Below are positions 25,870 to 38,707 of a DNA stretch of 64,000 nt, piece by piece. Each line of letters starts with the position of its first letter. Within the stretch, counting starts at the first letter, position 1. The position numbers were made by a program, and so were the translations under genes. Source of the DNA: Eledone cirrhosa (lineage: Eukaryota). The notes under the pieces were generated by a model. It worked only from the letters and a program-made list of their open reading frames with translations. It was not told where the DNA came from and made no database searches. The stretch covers positions 235,662,001-235,726,000 of the forward strand of contig OZ024740.1 in assembly GCA_964016885.1 (NCBI GenBank), written 5' to 3'.

Positions 25870-27914
25870 AGTGTGTGTGTGTGTTGTATGTGTGTATTCT
25901 GTATATATGTTGGAGGTGTAGAGGTAACTTAGTGAGTTTAGTGAGGCTAATGTTTATATTGAACTGTTATTGTTGTTTAGCCCTAGGTCAGCCTTGACAT
26001 GCCAGCATTGACAAAACCAGCTTTTATTTAGATACAGTGTATCTAGAACTACATTGGCCAATACATTCTTTTCAAAAAGACTGTAAATTGTTGTCTGAGG
26101 AAAAATTTGCTGCTATCTCTAACAAATTGATTGACCATGAAGAGGTTTCTTTGAATTAGTTTGTGAGTAAATATAGATATAGACAAGCTTCCAGTAGAAT
26201 GCAGTAGTGGAGAGGAAGAAGTTTAGAAAAAAGGTTGAGGAGGTGAGTCAATGTTTGCGTGATGGGAAGAAGAATGTTCAGTGTGTAGAACTGGTTTAAA
26301 TTAGAGTCAGGAAGTTTAGAGAAGTAAAAACCATTGTAGTCATAGAAGCGCTTGAAACTGAAGTTTTTTTTTCTCTTGCAAAGAATGTGTATTTGTATTG
26401 AATAGGCTATACAGTAATTAATAGTTTCCAGTCTATGTAGATCCCATACAGTTGTAGCTATACATCATCACATATTATTCCCACATACCATATAGTCCCC
26501 TACATTACATAGCTTCACATATAATTATCATTACATATCTTAAACACTGCATTACCATTACATATCATAAACTCCTCTATAATTACTGTGCATGTTTCAC
26601 TATCTTATAACACAATCACTGTAAATATGAAAGAAACAATCTATTTTGGACATCTCTAGAATTCTCTCATTATCTCCTATTTTAGATGTTTCTAGAATGT
26701 CAGTCCTCTAGAATTCCTCCACCCCCTCCTGTTTTGGATGTCCCCACAAGTTTTTCATGCAGATATTGGCTTACAGATATTCATACTGAATATCAACCAT
26801 ATCAACCTGACCAATTCCTTTGAGCCTGAAAAGGTCACAGAAGCAGCCTATTCCCTCTGATGAAACCATTAAAAAAACATCACACACCTTACACATCTTC
26901 ATACAGTCCTCTATATTAATTGTCTAGGTTTCACTAACCTACAGCATCACACACCACATATCATACTCTAGACTCACTATCTCATGATTCACTACCAAAC
27001 AATATCACCCATCTTACACACACCACATGTAATGCCCTATAATCACTATCCTTGTTTGACTATCATACATCACATATTTTACACACATTATATACAGACC
27101 TCTACAATGACTATTTCATGTTTTACTCTCATATATCACCATACATCTTACACACACATCATATAATCTTCTACATTCATTGTCCATGCTTCACTACTAT
27201 ATAACATCACACATCTTACACACATATAGTTCTTTACATTAACTAATATTTCTTCTATCTTACAACTTCACTCATTTTACATACACCACATATAATCCTC
27301 TACATTCACTGTTCATGTTTCACTGCCATACATCACCGTATTTTTTTAATTCACATTGTTTAAGTTAACATTGCACATTTATAAACCCCTTATCCTACTC
27401 ATACCTCCCCAGTCACTGTAGAATTGTTGGGAAATTTTCAAGCGATAAAATTGATGGCTTAATGTCTTGATATTTAGTTTATGTTATTTTTGCACTTAAT
27501 AGAACAGTTCTAGTGTATATTTATTTGTTTTATTGTCACTGTATAATATTTTTTTATTTTATTGTAAATTTATTGGTGCCATCTTAAATATGTCTGCCAA
27601 ACTTTCCATTGCATACATCAGTCTATTAAAACAAACCAGTTACATCTAATATCTTAATTTAATAGACTCAAAACATTTTTTGTATTATTCCAGAAAAAAA
27701 CAATGTATTTGTAAATGTTCCACAAGGAATTGTATAAACATTGTCCAAATGCCCAAATTGTTTATAGCAATTGTCTAGTCATTATTTTTCTATTAAATAG
27801 CCCAGCTGACCTGTTGTGAAATGCATTGTGGGAAATAGGAGATTAGTTTTTGAACACTTTTTCTATTTATATATTGAATTAAATAATTTTGTACATGATT
27901 GAAATAGACATTGA

Positions 27915-28178
27915 GACACACACAAACACACACATACACACACATACCACACACATACACACACATACCACACACATACACACACATACCACACACACAC
28001 ATACACACACATACACACACATACACACACATACACACACACACACAAACACACATGCACACACATACACACACATACACACCCACACACACATACACAC
28101 ACCTACACACACAAACACACACACACACATACACACACATACACACACATACACACACATACACACACAAACACACAT
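27915..28178. repeat. Compound (CA)n/CATA microsatellite
   Basis: Read directly. Confidence 0.9.
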
Positions 28179-28406
28179 ATCTTAGGAGCTTCTGATTCCA
28201 GCCTCTGGATTGAACATTAATCAATCGTTCCTTAAGCTGATCGGCAGTGAAACATATGTAATATGTAATTAAATATGTATATGATGCAATACTGATACTT
28301 TTATATATATAATTCGTTTTTGAATTTGTTTTGCGAGATTTCTTATCTGAAAATGTGTGTTGAAACAGATATTGTTATACTTTGGGAGGCTCATACTGTT
28401 TTCACT

Positions 28407-28756
28407 TCATCATCATCATCATCATCATCATCATTTTACGTCCGCTTTTCCCTGCTTGCAAGGGTGGGACGGGAACTGATCCTGGCTTGATTTCTACAGC
28501 TGGATGCCCTTCCTAACACCAACCTCATTTACAGTGAGTGCTGGGTGCTTTTTTGCCGTGGCACCTCCACGACCACTTTGCAGTGGAATGATAGGGACCT
28601 CAGTCCCTATCATCTCATTTCTACAGCTGAGTAAACTGGAGCAATGTGAAATAAAGTGTCTTGCTCAAGGAAACAACACATCACCCGGTCTGAGAATTGA
28701 ACTCACAACCTTTCGATTGCAAGGCCAATGCTCTAACTACTAAGCCATGTGCCTCC
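28407..28756 (-). mobile_element. SINE family B, full-length young copy
   Basis: Complete tRNA-like head, CORE-like body, RTE-derived 3' part and (ATG)n tail. Confidence 0.9.
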
Positions 28757-29484
28757 ACTCAAATATATATATATATATATATGTGCACACAAACACTTAC
28801 AGTGCTCACTGGCCGTCCACCACCACAGCAACTATTCGCACCTTTTCCATCTATTACAACTAACACCAAACAACACTGCTAACTCACCTCATCACATACA
28901 CCTGCACTTATGTGTGTGTGTATGAATATGTGTGCACATGCACTGACAGCCACAATCACGTGCGGTTGAACCTGTACACCCATGGCCAGGTAACACTACA
29001 TGTGTGTGCTTGTGGACCCGCACGCACATCACCCCCAACAACACACGAACCCATCTACCAACACACTCACCCACCCACATACACCTGCACATAGATACAC
29101 TAACACACATGGCAGCACATGAACATCCACATACGTGCTGACCACCATGCGTGCACACTTGTCCTCGTACCCACATGGTCAACTTAAACTACTAATACTC
29201 ACTAACCTCCCCATAAATGTGACCAGAACGCCTGCACATTCTACAACTAACATCATTAACATTACTAACTCACTCCACCCCACAACACATAGCTGTGCTT
29301 ATATATATGTGTGTGCTTGTACATCTGTGTGCACATGCATCACTAACACTACCATGCTAGTATTGGTTAGACAAGTTGTCCTGTTGTTAGCAATGCCAGG
29401 CCAGGTGACCTTGTATTGCTCATACAGACTGATTTTGGCTTGGTTTCTATAGCTGGATGCTCTTCCTAATGCTAACCTCATTTA

Positions 29485-29920
29485 CAGTGAGTACTGGGTG
29501 CTTTTTGTTGTGACACCTACACAACCACTTTACAGTGTGGACTGGGTGTTTTTTGTCATGACACCTACACAACCACTTTACAGTGTGGACTGGGTGTTTT
29601 TTGTCATGACACCTACACAACCACTTTACAGTGTGGACTGGGTGTTTTTTGTCATGACACCTACACAAACACTTTACAGTGTGGACTGGGTGTTTTTTGT
29701 CATGACACCTACACAACCACTTTACAGTGTGGACTGGGTGTTTTTTGTCATGACACCTACACAACCACTTTACAGTGTGGACTGGGTGTTTTTTGTCATG
29801 ACACCTACACAAACACTTTACAGTGTGGACTGGGTGTTTTTTGTCATGACACCTACACAACCACTTTACAGTGTGGACTGGGTGTTTTTTGTCATGACAC
29901 CTACACAACCACTTTACAGT
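29485..29920. repeat. 48-bp minisatellite: 8 near-identical units plus 1 diverged unit, grown from an RTE 3'UTR fragment (29370-29530)
   Basis: Unit CAGTGTGGACTGGGTGTTTTTTGTCATGACACCTACACAACCACTTTA at 29533+48n. Confidence 0.95.
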
Positions 29921-29942
29921 GTATGTCTGTGTGTGTATATAT

Positions 29943-30322
29943 ATAGTACCTACCCCACTATACAACACTCAAATAGTACTCACCACACTATACAACAGTC
30001 AAATAGTGCCTACCACACTATACAACACTCAAATAGTACCTACCACACTATACAACACTCAAATAGTATTTACCACACTATGAGACAGTTAAATAATATC
30101 TAGCATACTATACAACAGTCAACTAGTACCTACCACACTATACAACAGTCAAATAGTACCTACCACACTACACAGCAGTCAAATAGTACCTACCACACTA
30201 TGAGACAGTCAAATAGTACCTACCACACTATTCAATAGTCACATAGTACCTATCACACTATGAGACAGTTAAATAGTATCTAGCACACTATATAACAGTC
30301 AGATAGTATCTACCATACTATA
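29943..30322. repeat. 30-bp minisatellite (AAATAGTACCTACCACACTATACAACAGTC), about 12 units
   Basis: Read directly. Confidence 0.9.
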
Positions 30323-30594
30323 AAAATGCAAACAAATGCCTAAAAGAAATTCCATATCCTTGTTTGTTACTTGAAGAACTGAGAGAGGTGAAGACATCTT
30401 TACATAGTCTCTCTCTTAAAGTTCTTCAATTATCCAGGAACCTCAGATCAAGATTTTACTTCCTTTTTCTTAATTGGTTTTCAATGAATTAATTTAAAAT
30501 TTACAATTAAAGTACAAAGTGGATTCTTGCTATTACTGCAACTGCGGTAGAATATCTGGATGTAAATTCCTTATTCCGGGATTACATCATTACC

Positions 30595-30634
<40 letters not shown>

Positions 30635-30946
30635 TGTGTGTGTGTATGTGTGCATGTGTGTGTTGCTATGTAATTAAATCCATGACTTTGTTTTGTACAG
30701 TTACTGGTGTGAATACAGTAGATTCTGTATGGAATGTATGTACAACAATACAAACATACACACACACAGACTTCATTATGATGATGATGATGATGATGAT
30801 GTCTACTTTTCCAAGTGTTGGGATGAAACCTTTGTGGCAGATTTTCTAGAGCTGTTTCCCCTTCATGATGACAACTCATACCCTATTTATTTTCTAAGTA
30901 TGGAATATACTGCTAAACATTCATTAGACTGATCAATTAACTGTAG

Positions 30947-31017
<71 letters not shown>

Positions 31018-31539
31018 ACATTACATATTAAGCCATTAAGTTTCAATTTTGTAATGGATATATTTGTGTTAGGCATGTGTATGTGTGTGTATAATATCTT
31101 TGTACGTATGTATCTGTATGTGTTAAATTTGCATAGTCATTTTGATCTTTCCACCTTCTTGCTTATAGCTCTGTGAAAATAAACCCTGTGGTCAAACCCA
31201 GAGCGTTTATTTTCATAGTGATTCTAATTCATGTTTATTAAACATATACTAATATTTCTGCTTATAAATGTAATCTTAAATAAGCTATGTTGGTGCTTCA
31301 GTAAATTATTACACATGGCCATCTTTGCATTGCTAGGTCAAGCCTAGTTGATTGCTGACATTTACATTTTTCATAAAGAAGTGTTCTCTATTTCTCTCAG
31401 TAATCAACTAAAAATGAGCAAATCCTTGCAATGGCTTTAATGAAAGTCTAACTTAATGATTTTGTAAATTTGATCTTTATCTCTGATTGAACAGAATTGA
31501 CATGCACAGCTGAGTTGGAAGTGGTACTATGCCTGGTGA

Positions 31540-32370
31540 GTCTAAAATCCGCTGGAATTTGCAGGCAACATGGTGTTACTTAACACATGGTCTTACTTGA
31601 CAGAAGTTGATCTACACTTGCACTTGATAGGTTTGATGCCAAGTCCTGCATGGCTGTAATGAAAATCAATGCCGCAAAAGCTGAGACACTCATCCTCTCA
31701 AGGAAGCCTGTGCAGTGTGAATGGAGTTCCACTGAAGCAGGTAGAGAAGTTCAAGTGTTTCAGGGCTGTGTTCACAAGTGATAGAAGTCAGGAGGCTGAA
31801 TTAAATGCAAGAATTACAGGAGCTGGTGCAGTAGTGCACCAGGTTCAGCATTTGGTTATCAAAAGAAGAGAGGTATGTTTAAAACCCAAACTCGCTATCT
31901 TCAATTTGGTATTCTTGCCAACCTATGGTCATGAATCTTGGGTAATGACTGAAAGAATTTGGTTGTGAATATAAGTGCCTGAAATCAGTTTCCTCTGTAA
32001 CGTTACCCACAGACTCTGAAGGGTCTTTGGGTAACGTTACTTGATAGAGTGCGTAGCTTGGAGATTAGAGAATCACTTCAGGTAGAGCTACTATTTCTCT
32101 GAATTGAGAGATCACAGCTCTGATACTATGGACATGGGGTTGGAATGATGTCTCAGGAAAGAATCACTGGACAGATTTTACATGCAAAACCAACAGGTAG
32201 GAGACCCAGGGGTATACCCCCAGCAAAATGGTTGGATAACAGCCATAAGCTTGGTTGGTCTCACTTGGGGATCCAGCCAGATCAATTGGAGTTGGTTGCT
32301 TCTGACAGGACCCACTGGAAGGTGTGCTTGAGGACTCTACTTTCACAACCCTCTGAGGAATAAGTGAGAG
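31540..32370 (+). pseudogene. Decayed RTE LINE 3' half (third family)
   Basis: LKQVEKFK..., LPTYGHESWVMTER and KPTGRRPRG motifs; sibling fragment at 61445-61725. Confidence 0.8.
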
Positions 32371-33215
32371 AAGAAGAAGGAGAAAGAAGAGGAGGAGAAA
32401 ACGACGATGACGATCTTTGACTGCTATGATTACCCTTGTAGTTTAATCTCAGGTTCTGTTTATCACAGCAAAGCTAAGATATATGCATAGTAAACATATA
32501 ACTGTAACACTATTTCATCATCATCATCATCATCATCACTGTTTAATGTCTATTTCTCATGCTTGCATGGGTTAGACTAGTTGTCATATTTTGCATCTAA
32601 ACTATGATGATCATGTCTTGTTTGTCCATTGCATTTTTGGTTGGGTTTCTACAACTGGATGCCCTTCCTGAAACCAATCACTTTACAGTGAGTATTGGAA
32701 ACATTTTATCATGACTGTGGCACTACAACCTTACAGACTAGACTGGGTGATTTTTTTTATGGCAAAACTCAAATATACTGTGTTAGTGCTTCATCATCAT
32801 CATCATCATCTTTTAACGTCCACTTTCCACGCTAGCATGGGTTAGACTTCAGTTAATAAATATATATGTATATATTGTTGTCATTCCTGTCATCATCATT
32901 CCCATTTTATTTCTGCCTTCCATGCTGGTGTGAGTTGAACAGGTCATCACAGTTCGTGACTAAGTGGATCAGAGAACCACGACCAGTTTATAAGTTCCAT
33001 ATGTGTGTGTGTGTACAACTGTTAAATATTGCTATATTGTATATATATATATATACTGCTCTATGTATGTACTTGTGCAAAACCAATGATTAAGACACAC
33101 AAACATGATATCTAAATATTGATATGTTATATATAACCAGATTCACAGAACCTCTTAGCAGTATTACATGTGGAACTGCTTAGGATTTTCTCTCTCTCTC
33201 AGATTGATTTATATA

Positions 33216-33432
33216 TACCATATATACTCGAATATAAGCTGATATGAATATAAGCCCACCCTACTACTTTATGTCTGTGAAAAGGGCAAAAAGTTCGATC
33301 TCATTTACATAGAATTTGAAATTGGTGAAAATCGTCAAAATATTGACCTTGAATATAAAGCTAACCTCACCTTCTACCATTGATTTTTTTTGGTTACATA
33401 TTCTTTGGCTTATATTTGAATATATATACTAC
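33216..33432. mobile_element. pogo/Tc2-like MITE
   Basis: TACCATATATACTCGAATATAAGC ... GCTTATATTTGAATATATA inverted termini; inverted sibling at 49696-49912. Confidence 0.7.
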
Positions 33433-33752
33433 GTGTATGTGCTTCTATGTGTACAGGTATGTACAATGATGCACCAACTGATTGATTTTAACACATAAGT
33501 TTTCTCGTAATTAGATCAATGGAACTACCTACTAATTTTATCATAAAGTAAAGTGACTAAGTATTTCACTGGTATTTGTATCATGAACATTCTTCAAGTA
33601 AACTTACTTGACACAGCATGGGAAAGGTGGTTTTTCAATGGCAGCTATAGATCACCTTATATTATTGTGTGACTAAGTGATAGATTGGTAGAATCGGTAG
33701 AGATTTGAACAAAATGCTGTGCAAATAAAGAAATCATTATCATGTAAGTGAC

Positions 33753-33936
33753 TGGATTGGCAATATCGGTAGAGGGTCGGACGCCATGCTTTCCAGCATA
33801 GTTACGTCCCTTTACGATCTGAGTTCAAATCCCGCCGAGATTGACTTTGCCTTTCATCCTTACGGGGTCGATAAAATAAAGTACCAGTAATGCACTGGGT
33901 AATTGCTGGCCTTGTGCCTAAAGTAGAAACAATTAT
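33753..33936 (+). mobile_element. SINE family A with 19-bp TSD
   Basis: ATTATCATGTAAGTGACTG at 33736-33754 and 33932-33950. Confidence 0.92.
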
Positions 33937-34554
33937 CATGTAAGTGACTGAATAGTCCCCAGACACCTAGTTTTATGATATTCCTCAAGCCACATATCTT
34001 ACTGGTTGGGGCTTCTACATATATCTCCTAATATGTTACAACAGTGGTGCCTTTCACAACAACAACCATACCTAACATATCTACCACTACTGCTATCTGC
34101 CACTTGTTTCATCATTAAAGCCTGTTACACATTGAAACAAAGACGTTTCTCATATTTAACTCACAGAATTTAAATTGACTTGCCAGAAGTATCCTACAGT
34201 CAATTCACAAGATGTGATTGTTAAGCAAGCTCCTTAATCATACAGCTAGGCAACCACATGCATATATATATATATATATATATAATATATAAGATCAAAA
34301 GATGGTTAAAAGAGTTCCATGTATTTTATTATGCGCATTTCAAAAACAAATATCATCATGCAATAACATTTGTGTTTTCATCAGATAAAATAGGAAGACA
34401 TGATATGAAGGTTAAAACACACTTGTGGATAGTGCAGTTTTAAATCAACATCTTTTGATCTTATATATTATGTATACTCCAGTCCTACAAACTGTAGAGT
34501 GCTTCTTATCCGATATCTGCATTGCTTTATTGTACTACAATAAAACTCACCTCC

Positions 34555-34609
<55 letters not shown>

Positions 34610-35763
34610 AGTAAGTATGTTTTGAAACAGTACATGTACGTCAATACTCATCTTTTTCCATTTATCTGAGGGTTCTAAACCCCATTATCAGGCTAAAATT
34701 CCTTTAGTCAAAAATACGGTGATATATATATATATATCATCATCACTGTTTTATGTCTATTTTCCATGCTTGCATGGATTAGAATGGGTTGTTACTTTTG
34801 AGGCTAGAGGCAAGTTAGACAACCATGTCTTTCTCATATGGTCCCTTTTGGGATAGTTTCTATAGATGGAGGCCCTTCCTAATGCTAACCACTTCACAGC
34901 ATGTACCAAGTTCGTTTTCTTGTGGCATCACCAGTACCACCCAGGGTGGACTGGGTGCTTTTTTCATAGCAACAGCTCTACCATTTTACAAAGTACTATC
35001 AATTTACAGAGAGAACGAAGTCCATTTTATAGTAACACCAGCACTTCTACATTGGTGAGCTTGTATCCTTGGCCAAGCTGTGAGGAGAGTGAGAGGAAAG
35101 GGGTGAAAGTGGCAGGAGAGGGTTGTTCAGGCTGCTTGTTACTGGTCCATGGAGGGAATGGGGATGAAAGTAGGGTTTAGATTGCTTGTTACTGGCCCAA
35201 GGTGTGAGTGATGGCCTTAGAGTAAGTGATTTACATCTGACGATATTGTGATGTATGTGAACCAGGCTTTCCACATGGGGTTGGTTGGGCAGGATGTGGA
35301 GGGAATTCAAGGGTTTATTTGGCAGTGAGTGTTGTATGGTTGTAAGGTAGTCTTGCAGAGAGGAAGAGAAACAGTGAGCAAGCAGCATTTGGCAATACAG
35401 TGTAGGCCCATCTACCTTTGGGTAGAAGTCAGAGATATGAATGGAGGAGAGACTAAGTAGGGGAGGGGTAGATCAAGTATGAAAGAGGGAAGACTAGATG
35501 AAGGGAATACATGCTTGTTTCATCCTGGTTGAGTAAGGCTGAGAGCCTATCATCAGTATGGCTTATCATCAGCTAATTCAATCCTATATTTACATACAAT
35601 ATACAAAAGTCACCAGATTTATTTCAGTGATTTCTAGTCATGACCAACCCACTCAATGAGATGATAAGTTTGCAGTTGAGGAACTACATCTTAACATACT
35701 ATGTGCACACAATTAGTTAGTTAGTGAGTATGATGGCAGTATTTTGGTAATGATACATCCATA

Positions 35764-35816
<53 letters not shown>

Positions 35817-36109
35817 TTCGCACATATAAGCTTGCATATCTAATGAGATGTTGAAAAAGAGTTAGGTTCTGTCACCTTGATTGTACCCTGAGCTGATCTA
35901 TATCGAAACAATTATAATATACAAATAAAGTTTGTACATATGCTGCAGCATTGACTTTGACTCTTTTAAATCTATTTACACTCTGCACAACACCGTTGTA
36001 ACACTGGAATACAAGCCAAATGAAATGGACCTCGTAGCAGCATCAAGTGCTTTGAATGGCGCATCACCTGTAACTGTTATTACACACTTAACTAATACAT
36101 ACACACACA

Positions 36110-36436
36110 CCTCCCATGGGTACAAGCTGAAGCATATAGACAATATGCCCCCACACCCCCCACCGCAAGGTGGTCGTGGAGGTGCCATGGCAAAAAAGCA
36201 CCCAGCCCACACTGTAAAGTGGACGTGTAGGCGCCACGGCAAAAAAAGCACCCAGCACTCACTGTAAATGAGGTTGGTGTTAGGAAGGGCATCCAGCTGT
36301 AGAAATCAAGCCAGAATCAGTTCCTGTATGAGCAAGACATGGTCAGCCGACCAGACACTGCCCACAACAGGACAACCCGTCGAACCCATGCTAGCGTGGA
36401 AGAACGGCCGTAAAACGGTGATGATGATGATGATGA
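36110..36436 (+). mobile_element. Young RTE 3'UTR-only insertion
   Basis: Reverse complement of 41465-41780; (ATG)n tail. Confidence 0.9.
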
Positions 36437-36746
36437 CACATATATATATCATCGTCATCATCGTTTAACGACCATCTTCCACACTAGCATGGGTTGGAAT
36501 GGTTGTCCCACTTGTGGCAAAATTGGTCGGATGACCGTGTCTCGCTCATATAGAACTGTTTCCGGCAGGTTTTCTATGGCTGGATGCCCTTCCTAACACC
36601 AACCACATTTACAGTGTGGATTGGGTGCTTTTTGTAGTGTCACCTACACAACCACTTTACAATGTGGATTGGATGTGGTACCAACATAACTTTGCATATA
36701 TATATATATCATCATCATCATCGTTTAACGTCCATATATATATATA

Positions 36747-37039
36747 TCATCATCACCGTTTTACGTCCGTTCTTCCACGCTAGCATGGGTTAGACGGGTT
36801 GTCCTGTTGTGGGCAGTATCTGGTCGGCTGACCATGCCTTGCTCATACAGGAACTGATCTGGCTTGATTTCTACAGCTGGATGCCCTTCCTAACACCAAC
36901 CTCATTTACAGTGAGTGCTGGGTGCTTTTTCGTGGCGCCTACACGTCCACTTTACAGTGTGGGCTGGGTGCTTTTTTGCCGTGGCACCTCCACGACCACC
37001 TTGCGGTGGGGGGGGGGGGCATATTGTTTATATGCTTCA

Positions 37040-37042
<3 letters not shown>
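36747..37042 (-). mobile_element. Young RTE 3'UTR-only insertion flanked by (TA)n
   Basis: Nearly identical to 41465-41765. Confidence 0.9.
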
Positions 37043-37080
<38 letters not shown>

Positions 37081-37315
37081 AATGAGCATCCCCAACAAAT
37101 GTTTATCACACAAAATTCTACATAGTCTCGTCTATTTCCATGTCAGAACCGGTTGAGTGAGTGTCCCTGATAAATGATTTACAAATCTTGAAACAGTGCT
37201 GTCTGGCATTCTTCACCATACTGACAAACTCTGTGATATATTCACAGATAAAAATAGAGAAAATTAATTTTTTCCTTTTCTTTGATATCGAGGCTACCCA
37301 TATGTTTATTGTATA

Positions 37316-38156
37316 CTAGAATACTAGACCACCTGTGAGCCGTTGGGTCACTTTCCGTACAAAATATTTTTTTAAAATCATGTTCACTTAAAAATAATTT
37401 TTAGATAATCAAAATATACACAGACATTTATATGTGAAATGAAACTAGAAGGCCCATATATATATATACGTGTGTGTGTATATATATAAATGTGCGTGTG
37501 TGTATACATATATATATATATATGTATGTATGTATACATATGTGGGTGTCTGTGATCTATATACACTGGTCATAGACACACACACATATATATATATATA
37601 CAACACCACCACCATTCTCCTTCTCTGTCTCTTCTCCCTCTCTCTATGTCTCTATGTCTCTTTTTCTCTCTCTCTCTCTCTCTCTCTGTTCATGAAGGTA
37701 CCCGGAAAAAACCCATATCTCAGGAACCTGTGGTCCGATTTATGCGAAACTTGTTTAATTTCATTTGTATTCCCATTTCAGGGTCAACTTCCTTTCAAAG
37801 TATTTTCCCATTATGTGCCCTTTTGGCTGTATTATATTACAGTGTGTGTGTATATATACATATATACACACACACACCACATCATAATGTTGTAATGCAG
37901 ACAGCCAGACACACAGACAGATATTATAAGGGCGCGACATTATACCTATTTATCTATCTAAAAAGACAGACTAAGAAAAACAGAGAGAGATCGCTAAATC
38001 GCCTAATGCGGTCCCTAGGGCATTGAAAATTTGAAATATTTTTTGCTCAAAACACTCACACGACCATAAGTATTACATGTGTAAAGTTTGAAAAAAATCG
38101 GTTAGGTGGTTCTCGAGTTTTAGGGAGACAGACATTCTCTGTTTTAGATATATAGA
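37316..38156 (-). mobile_element. Non-autonomous Helitron-like element
   Basis: On the minus strand: host A|TC 5' end, CTAG|T 3' end, degenerate subterminal hairpin (ACCC...AGGT) and a TGTCTGTC 5' motif; no TSD. Confidence 0.6.
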
Positions 38157-38218
38157 TAAACATGTAGTATATGTTTATGTATGTTTACATATAAATCCTT
38201 ATTATGCTTAACTGTTGT

Positions 38219-38407
38219 GGCGGTGGATTGGCAGTATCGGTAGAGGGTCGGACGCCATGCTTTCCAGCATAGTTACGTCCCTTTACGATCTGAGTTCAAA
38301 TCCAGCCGAGGTTGACTTTGCCTTTCATCCTTACGGGGTCGATAAAACAAAGTACCAGTAATGCACTGGGTATTTGCTGGCCTTGTGCCTAAATTAGAAA
38401 CAATTAT
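38219..38407 (+). mobile_element. SINE family A with 19-bp TSD
   Basis: ATTATGCTTAACTGTTGTG at 38201-38219 and 38403-38421. Confidence 0.92.
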
Positions 38408-38707
38408 GCTTAACTGTTGTGTTAATGCTATCACCAATTATAATCAGCTAAGTTCACACTATAAGCAAATGAGCATCTCCAGCAAATGTTCATCACACAA
38501 AATTCTTGTCTATTTCTATGTTGGCATTGGTTGAGTGAGTGTCAATGATGAAAGATTAACAAATCTTGAAACAGTGCTATCTGGCATTCTTGACAATACT
38601 GACAAATTCTGTGATATATTCATAGAGAAAATTAGAGAAAATTAATGTTTTCTTTGATAGTGAGGCTATTCGTATGTTTATTGTATATATATATATATAT
38701 ATATATA

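Noticed and set aside
29447-30103. Repeat-protein ORFs (TVKWLCRCHDKKHPVH)n and CRISPR-like appearance
   Set aside because: Pure 48-bp tandem repeat with no spacers and no cas genes; the unit derives from a LINE UTR.
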